10,558 nucleotides of DNA, from positions 1 through 10,558 of the forward strand of contig JAYUEN010000454.1 of NCBI GenBank assembly GCA_043739185.1, given 5' to 3'. The DNA is from Bdellovibrionales bacterium (GTDB taxonomy: Bacteria > Bdellovibrionota > Bdellovibrionia > Bdellovibrionales > JAMPXM01). Both the position numbers and the translations under genes were made by a program. Under the pieces are notes generated by a model, which saw only the letters and a list, made by a program, of their open reading frames with translations, ran no database searches and was not told the origin of the DNA. Below, one piece after another: positions 1 through 6,149 of this stretch. Position 1 is the stretch's first letter. The number at the start of each line of letters is the position of its first letter.

Positions 1-483
1 GTGACCTCAGCCCAGGCTTTAAGATTGGTTGAGGGTCAGGTCATTCTCGATAAAATTGAGGATTATCCAACTTGTCAAAATCACGATTATTCGGGTGATT
101 TTTGCCATGATGCTTTAGTCAGATGGGTTGAAAAGCATCCTGGCGATGCTTTTCAAGCAGGAAAAATGACTCGCAAAATTATGAATGCATGGGCGGCCAT
201 TCCATTTTTCTCTAAGGCTTTTGAAAAAGCCAAGACTGAGTGCGGAGACGAAGACGTGAAGCTTGCGGTGGTCAGCGCACTCGATTTGCCAGCTGACAGC
301 AATAAAAATGTCGTTCAAGAAGCTAAAAAAATAGGTTTAGATAAATGTTATAAGGAATTTAAAACCGCCATTGTTGATGCGGCTTCATTGGGTAGTTATA
401 TGTTCAAAAATATCTGCAAAGAATTGCTAGCAAAAGGTGATATCACTGGATTGAAAGCAAAGAAATGTAGTTCAGAAAATTAG
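1..483 (+). CDS. Hypothetical Cys-containing, mostly helical protein; probably 5'-truncated by the window edge
   Basis: Open frame from base 1 to TAG at 481-483. Six Cys. The stop codon overlaps the AGGAG Shine-Dalgarno (SD) of the next gene. The GTG at base 1 may be internal. Confidence 0.75.
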   Translation: MTSAQALRLVEGQVILDKIEDYPTCQNHDYSGDFCHDALVRWVEKHPGDAFQAGKMTRKIMNAWAAIPFFSKAFEKAKTECGDEDVKLAVVSALDLPADSNKNVVQEAKKIGLDKCYKEFKTAIVDAASLGSYMFKNICKELLAKGDITGLKAKKCSSEN

Positions 484-492
484 GAGATTTTT

Positions 493-954
493 GTGATTTT
501 TAAATTGGCAGCATTTTTAGGAATAATAGTCGCAATCGTTAGCCCAAAGGTTGAAGCGTCAGTTGTGGTTTATACTGGCGATGGCTCTGAGAAAGTATTC
601 ATTGAAACCACTACAGGCGATACGGCTTTCATTAAAATTGAGGGTATTACCTCTGCTTGGGCCGGAAAGGTAATTAAAACCAAGAAGGAACATTACAATC
701 AAGGCGATCGCTTCTCATTTGATTATTTTCTCGAACTCAGTAGTGGTAAACAAAAACGAACCTATACTCCGATTGTTGGCGACGGAGAAACTCTCTATCA
801 AGGGAGTGCGGTTAAAAAAATTAAGTTGTATTTCTCTGGAGGCCCACGAGAAGGTGTTGATTTGAAGCAAGACTTTGCCTTGAGTAAAGAATCGCAGAAA
901 ATCGATTTGCCATCAGTTTATAAGAAGTCTCCTTTTACTCCTGATGTAGATTAA
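493..954 (+). CDS. Hypothetical exported protein (Sec signal peptide, beta-rich)
   Basis: AGGAG at 482-486, GTG start at 493. N-terminus MIFKLAAFLGIIVAIVSPKVEA looks like a signal peptide ending V-E-A. No family recognised. Confidence 0.8.
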   Translation: MIFKLAAFLGIIVAIVSPKVEASVVVYTGDGSEKVFIETTTGDTAFIKIEGITSAWAGKVIKTKKEHYNQGDRFSFDYFLELSSGKQKRTYTPIVGDGETLYQGSAVKKIKLYFSGGPREGVDLKQDFALSKESQKIDLPSVYKKSPFTPDVD

Positions 955-957
955 ATA

Positions 958-2196
958 TTAAAGATGCCACATTTTCATCCCGCTCAATTGCAAAAATACT
1001 TTTGAGGTGAGCGGGTTAGGTCCATAAGCATTTTGAAACTCCTGGGGTAAAAAATCGAGGCTCAAAGATCCGCCCCAGCTCAATTTGAATTCGCTGAAGT
1101 TTTTTAAGTTTCGCGTATATCCTAAGGTGAGGGCTTCAACCCATTTGCCTGAGTTCAAATCAGTCACACTGTTTATCTCAAGTTCAGCAGAGGTTCTTTG
1201 AAGAGCTTCGAATCTCATCCAAATGCTCTGAGGATCTGACTCAATTAGCAATTCTTCTGTAAATGAAGTGAGGCTAGAGGCATGATCGTAGTTTGAAATG
1301 CTGCCCAAGATAAAAGTATTTTGAAGCTCGCCAATACCTGTGCCTTTAAATTGATTGTACAGCGATGCCGAATAACGATTTTCAGAAATGATGTCCGGCT
1401 GGCTAGGTTCGGGATTCGAAATATAGGCATAAGAAAACATAAAGCTGGTTTGCGAAGAGAATTGTCTGATAAAACGAAAAGAATACGAATCTAAATTCGA
1501 AATGGGTAAATCTACATTTTGTGGCTTGGGTTCGGCGCCGTGATAGCTTGAAAATTCAAATTGATTTTCATCGATTTTAAGTGAGCCGCCCACGACGGTA
1601 CCCGAAATATGTCCCACATCTTGACCAATGTGATGGCCGAGTGGAGCGTCCGGATTCACCGCTCCGGTTGCCCGATGCATAAAGGCTATGGGGCCATCGG
1701 TCGCCTCGCCTCTCGGGGCGAAAAATAATTTCAAATAGTTTTTGCTGCTACCAAAACTAATCGTATCGCTTAATGTGAGCCCCATAACGGGTGAAGAATG
1801 AGGGTGCTGGGCATCTAAGTAAGCGATGCCCTGATTGTTTTCCTCGCCAATTTGGAGCAGTTCTGGATAGCCTTGCTCGGGAGTTGTCCAGCGCTCGAGT
1901 GTGCCCATAAAATCTAGATTGATATAATGTCGGCCGGTAATGCTGGCGCCAATATCAAACAAAACAAAGTTAGGCGAGGACAGATTGCTGCGGCCACGAG
2001 GTCCAGTTTCAGATATTGCAGTTAAGAAAGCATTTTCTTTAAACATGAGCATGCTCATAGGCATTCCGGCCATTGCGATCGGCATACACATTTGCATCGC
2101 TGAATCATAAGACATCATATGATCACAGAGATCGCTTTCAGCATTTACTCGAAAAGCGAACAATAAAAAGAATAATATTTTAAGTTTCAAATTCAT
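958..2196 (-). CDS. Exported Met/His-rich protein, probable outer-membrane beta-barrel of an uncharacterised family
   Basis: Preferred start is ATG at 2196 (MNLKLKILFFLLFAFRVNA|ESD, signal-peptide-like); the ORF track starts at 2235. Met-rich mature N-terminus. Motifs DAQHPH, GPIAFMHR, NPDAPLGHH and GHISG. Alternating amphipathic beta-strand patterns (YSFRF, FMFSYAY, YSASLY, LTLGYTR, WGGSLSL, KVFLQL). Confidence 0.75.
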   Translation of the reverse strand: MNLKLKILFFLLFAFRVNAESDLCDHMMSYDSAMQMCMPIAMAGMPMSMLMFKENAFLTAISETGPRGRSNLSSPNFVLFDIGASITGRHYINLDFMGTLERWTTPEQGYPELLQIGEENNQGIAYLDAQHPHSSPVMGLTLSDTISFGSSKNYLKLFFAPRGEATDGPIAFMHRATGAVNPDAPLGHHIGQDVGHISGTVVGGSLKIDENQFEFSSYHGAEPKPQNVDLPISNLDSYSFRFIRQFSSQTSFMFSYAYISNPEPSQPDIISENRYSASLYNQFKGTGIGELQNTFILGSISNYDHASSLTSFTEELLIESDPQSIWMRFEALQRTSAELEINSVTDLNSGKWVEALTLGYTRNLKNFSEFKLSWGGSLSLDFLPQEFQNAYGPNPLTSKVFLQLSGMKMWHL

Positions 2197-4225
2197 TCTC
2201 CAAACTCGATTGAACTGGTGCGAAAAAAAATGCAAAAGGATGTTTTAAAAATCTGCGTGCGACAGCACGAGCCAATTTAAAAACCCAAAACAACGGAACT
2301 TCTCTGGCTCTTTGGGCCACATACATCGCGAGCAGAAAACTAATCGCAAAGTTGAGAACTCCAATGATGAGAATTCCAAAACTTGCAAAAAAAAGAGCCG
2401 TTAAATCCAATTGCGCGCGAGGCATTGAGGTCAAAGCAAAGCTCAATGCGCCGGCAGAGAGAGTGACGTGTTTAACTTCTAAAGTAAATCCAAAAAATCG
2501 CGTCAGGATTGGCACAAAGGCTAGAGCCAAGCCGAGAGTTAGATTGGCACCAATTCCCGCAATATTTTTTAAAAATTTTGTCGCAAAATTTTCGCAAAGT
2601 TTTTTGCCAAAAACTAAATTGAGGCTACGATTGTGAGAAATCGCCGCTGAGATATTGTTGTAGACCATCCAATTTTCAAACCAACCGCCACTAATACTTG
2701 AGACCCATAATAAAACCCCGGTTATTGACGCATTTAATATTGTTAAAGTTTTAAAGGGATGAAAGGAAGCAATGGTGTGCTGCGCTTCAATGAGGGTCAA
2801 AAAACTATGCCCTGTAAAATATTGATATCCAGCTCCGAACAACAATGAAGTGGGAATCACCAAACCTAAATTACCAACTGCTGCCGCGAATTGAGATCGG
2901 ACAATTCGAATGACTTCATCTACAAATTGCTCGAGTTGGTGTTCTTGCTCAATTTGCTTGAGTTTCCCTGCAAGTGCCGGCGCAGTGGCTGATGGCTGCT
3001 TGGTAGCAAGTGTAAATCCCATAAATTGCATGAGCAAAAAACTTAAGGAGTAGTCGAACCAAAAAAATCCACCTTCAAAAAAGGGTGCGAGCGCCAAACG
3101 GGAGATAATAATTTTAAAATAGGCTGTGAAAGTGGTAATGAAACCCCCGCCAGCAGCAGAGGTAATCATGTGGAGCCATTCCCCTCGGTCTCTTGCAATA
3201 TAGTGCTCGCCAGAAATTCCGGTGCGCTCAACAATTTTCTTCGCAAGCAATCGAAGTTGATCCTTGAGAAGTTCTCTCACTGAGTTTTTTCGAATATTTT
3301 CTTGAATAAGGCTGGCGATAAAATTTTCAGTCGCCTCTGAATCGCTCGGCATGAGTTCAATGAGGCCGGCCAATATTCGAATGCGTTCAAGCGATTTGGT
3401 TAAAATATCAAGGCGATAGACTACCGCAACACTTACCCCAAGTGTTTCGAGATGGGTGTAAACATTTTGAATGTCGCGTGCACAATCAGACAGCAAGACT
3501 TCAAGATTTAATTCTCCCTCGAGATTTGAAATGGCTCGGTGAAGTTGAAAAAATGGCGAATCGACAATTCTTCGATAAGAAAGTCGATCTCTTATTTCTG
3601 GGGCAAGCCCTAAGCTTTCAACTTTTGCACTTAAAATCAAAAGAGCATCATACATATCTTGCGCCAGACTCTTTTTCAATTTGAGCCCGGCAGGTGAGTT
3701 GATTTCGTAAAGCAGGCTTTCGAGTTGAATTTTAACTTCGGGCGCAAGATTTTTTACCCAAATAGCATCTTCGTATGAATTGAGGGTGCGATTGAAGATC
3801 TGTGCTAAATTTGCGTGATTCGGTGGGACGGGCGTGATTCTTCGCACAAGTCGCGCTATGATTTCTGAACCCAAGCCAAATTCATTTGCTAGGCCGGTTT
3901 CAGAATACAGAGAGACCCCAGAGCTTTCTTGTAAAATAGATCTTAGGGTGAGAGCTAAATTCTCACGCCAAACGGGATTACGATCTAAAAGCTGAAAAAT
4001 AAATCGAATACGAACGCTGTGAATTTGGCCCTTGTCCTTAAGGTTTTCGTTTGTAATTGACCCTGAATGTCGAATCCAATTGATCAATTGTTCAAACCAT
4101 TCAAGGCGATCCGCCAGCTCAGCCTTGGGGTTGGCTGCTTCTAGGACATAAGAAAGTAAAGCTCGATTGTCGGTAAAGCTTATCCAACGCTGAATCCAGC
4201 CACGGAGTTTTCTGATAAACTTCAT
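2180..4225 (-). CDS. Gcr / 'site-specific recombinase' family protein (PF10136/COG4389-type); helical N-terminal half plus multi-pass membrane C-terminal half
   Basis: 681 aa with family motifs GEHYIAR, SAAGGG, FTLATKQPxxTA, QFAAAVGN, GWFENW, HVTLSAG and IGVLNFAISF. Several hydrophobic segments in the C-terminal ~300 aa. Confidence 0.85.
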   Translation of the reverse strand: MKFIRKLRGWIQRWISFTDNRALLSYVLEAANPKAELADRLEWFEQLINWIRHSGSITNENLKDKGQIHSVRIRFIFQLLDRNPVWRENLALTLRSILQESSGVSLYSETGLANEFGLGSEIIARLVRRITPVPPNHANLAQIFNRTLNSYEDAIWVKNLAPEVKIQLESLLYEINSPAGLKLKKSLAQDMYDALLILSAKVESLGLAPEIRDRLSYRRIVDSPFFQLHRAISNLEGELNLEVLLSDCARDIQNVYTHLETLGVSVAVVYRLDILTKSLERIRILAGLIELMPSDSEATENFIASLIQENIRKNSVRELLKDQLRLLAKKIVERTGISGEHYIARDRGEWLHMITSAAGGGFITTFTAYFKIIISRLALAPFFEGGFFWFDYSLSFLLMQFMGFTLATKQPSATAPALAGKLKQIEQEHQLEQFVDEVIRIVRSQFAAAVGNLGLVIPTSLLFGAGYQYFTGHSFLTLIEAQHTIASFHPFKTLTILNASITGVLLWVSSISGGWFENWMVYNNISAAISHNRSLNLVFGKKLCENFATKFLKNIAGIGANLTLGLALAFVPILTRFFGFTLEVKHVTLSAGALSFALTSMPRAQLDLTALFFASFGILIIGVLNFAISFLLAMYVAQRAREVPLFWVFKLARAVARRFLKHPFAFFFAPVQSSLENEFET

Positions 4226-4502
4226 GTTTTCTTACTTAAAAAATTCATTTTATAAAACCTCTTGAATAAGACATTAGACCATTGATTCTAACCAAGGTCG
4301 AGGAATTCCGACTGGCCCTAGGTCAGATAATGGGGAGCGTATTCATAGATCCCATAAGGTGAATTGGGAGTTAGTTCCTTCAATAGACCAGATTCACATT
4401 GGACCAGAATATTTTAATTAATTAATGCGCCTCGCTTCTTTAGCCTTATGAAGACAGAAACAAAAAAGTCATGGATGACAAAAAATCAATGGGGGGTTTT
4501 TA

Positions 4503-5396
4503 GTGAGAAGGATTTTGCAAATCAGTTTTTTTATAGGTTGTCTTTCACTACTTGGAGCGAATCAAAGTCCAAAAGTATTGTGCGATGGTTTCGCACCAAA
4601 AAATAACTTATATATTCCGGCCAATCAGTTTACTGATACAGGAATTACTCAGGACCAATGGACAGCGCTGTTTGATCGTTATGAGAAAATTTATACGCCG
4701 ATCATTGCTGCACACGGTGGTAAACTTGAGCTCAATCGACTCTGGGATGACGGCACGGTGAATGCCAATGCCAATCAAGACGGCACCACTTGGACAATCA
4801 ATATGTACGGCGGACTTGCTCGTTACCAAAATATGACAGTAGACGGAATGGCACTCGTAGTTTGCCATGAAACCGGACATCATTTGGGTGGAGCTCCTAA
4901 AATTGGCGGAGACGCAACTTATTGGGCTTCGAACGAAGGTGCTGCAGACTACTTTGGCGTTTTGAAATGCTTAAGATATATGTTTGCTGAAGACGACAAT
5001 ACTAAAATTGTTTCTGAGATGAGTGTTGAGCCTACTATTCAAAAAACTTGTGCCACACAATTTCAAGATCAAAAGGATCAAGCTATTTGTATGAGGGGTG
5101 CAACGGCAGGTACCCTACTCGGCCGCATCTTGGGTGAGCTCGGTCAAGATTCTCAAGTTCCAACAGTAGATACTCCTGATAAGAGCGTGGTAACTGAAAC
5201 TGATGATTCACATCCTGCAGCTCAGTGTCGCTTGGATACTTACTATCAAGCTGCAAATTGCACAGCGAGCCTTGCAACTGAACCAGTGGGAGACAATTAC
5301 CACACGGGTTCGTGCACGGCGCCACAGTTTAAAATGGGATTGCGCCCAACTTGCTGGTTTAAACCAGATGATGCTGACAACAAAACAGCGTTTTAA
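4503..5396 (+). CDS. Secreted zinc metalloprotease (HEXXH gluzincin, M48-like), Cys-rich
   Basis: GGGGGG SD at 4491-4496 and GTG start. Hydrophobic signal segment. VNANA and INMYGGL upstream strands, HETGH at 4866-4880, downstream NEGAADY (likely third Zn ligand Glu) and a SHP motif. Confidence 0.8.
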   Translation: MRRILQISFFIGCLSLLGANQSPKVLCDGFAPKNNLYIPANQFTDTGITQDQWTALFDRYEKIYTPIIAAHGGKLELNRLWDDGTVNANANQDGTTWTINMYGGLARYQNMTVDGMALVVCHETGHHLGGAPKIGGDATYWASNEGAADYFGVLKCLRYMFAEDDNTKIVSEMSVEPTIQKTCATQFQDQKDQAICMRGATAGTLLGRILGELGQDSQVPTVDTPDKSVVTETDDSHPAAQCRLDTYYQAANCTASLATEPVGDNYHTGSCTAPQFKMGLRPTCWFKPDDADNKTAF

Positions 5397-5423
5397 ACTA
5401 GAATCTAATAATTAGACTTTCTT

Positions 5424-5453
5424 AAAGCACTCGGTTTCGGGTGCTTTTTTTTT
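5424..5453 (+). terminator. Rho-independent terminator after the metalloprotease gene
   Basis: AAAGCACTCG-GTTT-CGGGTGCTTT stem-loop (one G-U pair) running into a T tract ending at 5453. Confidence 0.85.
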
Positions 5454-5468
5454 AAGGAACTGATCAAA

Positions 5469-5693
5469 ATGAATCCACTAGATCTTTCAAGCTTTTCAGT
5501 TTCTTCGCTCATCGCTTCTTTTATTTTTAGTGTTGTGGGTCTTTATGTTTTTAGAAAAGGAAAAAAAGATCTCGATACCCCACGAACTTTTATCGGTATA
5601 GCGCTCATGATTTACAGTTATTTTACACCCACGCCACTACTGACCTGGGGAGTGGGATTTGCACTTTGCAGTGCTGCTTATTATTACCGATGA
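5469..5693 (+). CDS. Small hydrophobic membrane protein (74 aa, 2-3 TM segments), function unknown
   Basis: AAGGA SD at 5454-5458. Pattern FSVVGLYVFRKGKK...GIALMIYSYF resembles a widespread small conserved family often loosely labelled 'amino acid transport protein'. Confidence 0.75.
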   Translation: MNPLDLSSFSVSSLIASFIFSVVGLYVFRKGKKDLDTPRTFIGIALMIYSYFTPTPLLTWGVGFALCSAAYYYR

Positions 5694-5704
5694 TCTTTTC
5701 GGAG

Positions 5705-5733
5705 TAGGCAAGCGATTCGGGATGTGGTAATTT
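5705..5733 (+). promoter_or_regulatory. Candidate sigma70 promoter for apaG (extended -10)
   Basis: TAGGCA-N17-TAATTT with TG at the extended -10 position (TGG TAATTT), 28 nt upstream of the apaG ATG. Confidence 0.35.
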
Positions 5734-5761
5734 TTAGAGGTCTTAAGTAATAGGGGGCCCA

Positions 5762-6145
5762 ATGTACCGAGAATCAACCGATGGAATCGAAGTTGAAGTT
5801 ATACCAGAATATTTACCTCATGAGTCGTCTCCTCAAGTTTCGCAATTCGTTTTTGCTTATCATATTACGATTACCAATAAGGGTGAAACCGAAGTTCAGC
5901 TGCTCAATCGGCATTGGATCATTACCAATGGCGATGGCGTTGTTGAAGAAGTGAGGGGTGAAGGAGTTGTTGGCGAGCAACCCAAGCTCGGTCCAGGACA
6001 AAAGCATAAATATTCAAGTTTCTGTCCGCTCACGACACCCACAGGTAATATGCGCGGTTCTTTTCAGATGATGAGTAAAAAAGGAAAGAAATTTGATGTT
6101 AAAATTCCACTCTTCTTTTTAAAAGATGTCAGCCTCATGCATTGA
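5762..6145 (+). CDS. apaG: ApaG (CorD) family protein
   Basis: 127 aa with hallmark motifs FAYHITITN, QLLNRHWIIT, EVRGEGVVGEQP, YSSFCPLTTPTGNMRGSFQM and F.VKIP.F.L. Confidence 0.96.
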   Translation: MYRESTDGIEVEVIPEYLPHESSPQVSQFVFAYHITITNKGETEVQLLNRHWIITNGDGVVEEVRGEGVVGEQPKLGPGQKHKYSSFCPLTTPTGNMRGSFQMMSKKGKKFDVKIPLFFLKDVSLMH

Positions 6146-6149
6146 TATT

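Noticed and set aside
2197..2235. Longer N-terminus MHFFSHQFNRVWR for the barrel gene
   Set aside because: It would overlap the Gcr gene by 56 nt and place extra residues ahead of a clean signal peptide; ATG 2196 fits better.
2180..4225. Mobile element or invertible DNA implied by the 'site-specific recombinase' family name
   Set aside because: No recombinase catalytic motifs, att-like or inverted-repeat boundaries or cargo genes are visible, and the protein is polytopic membrane.
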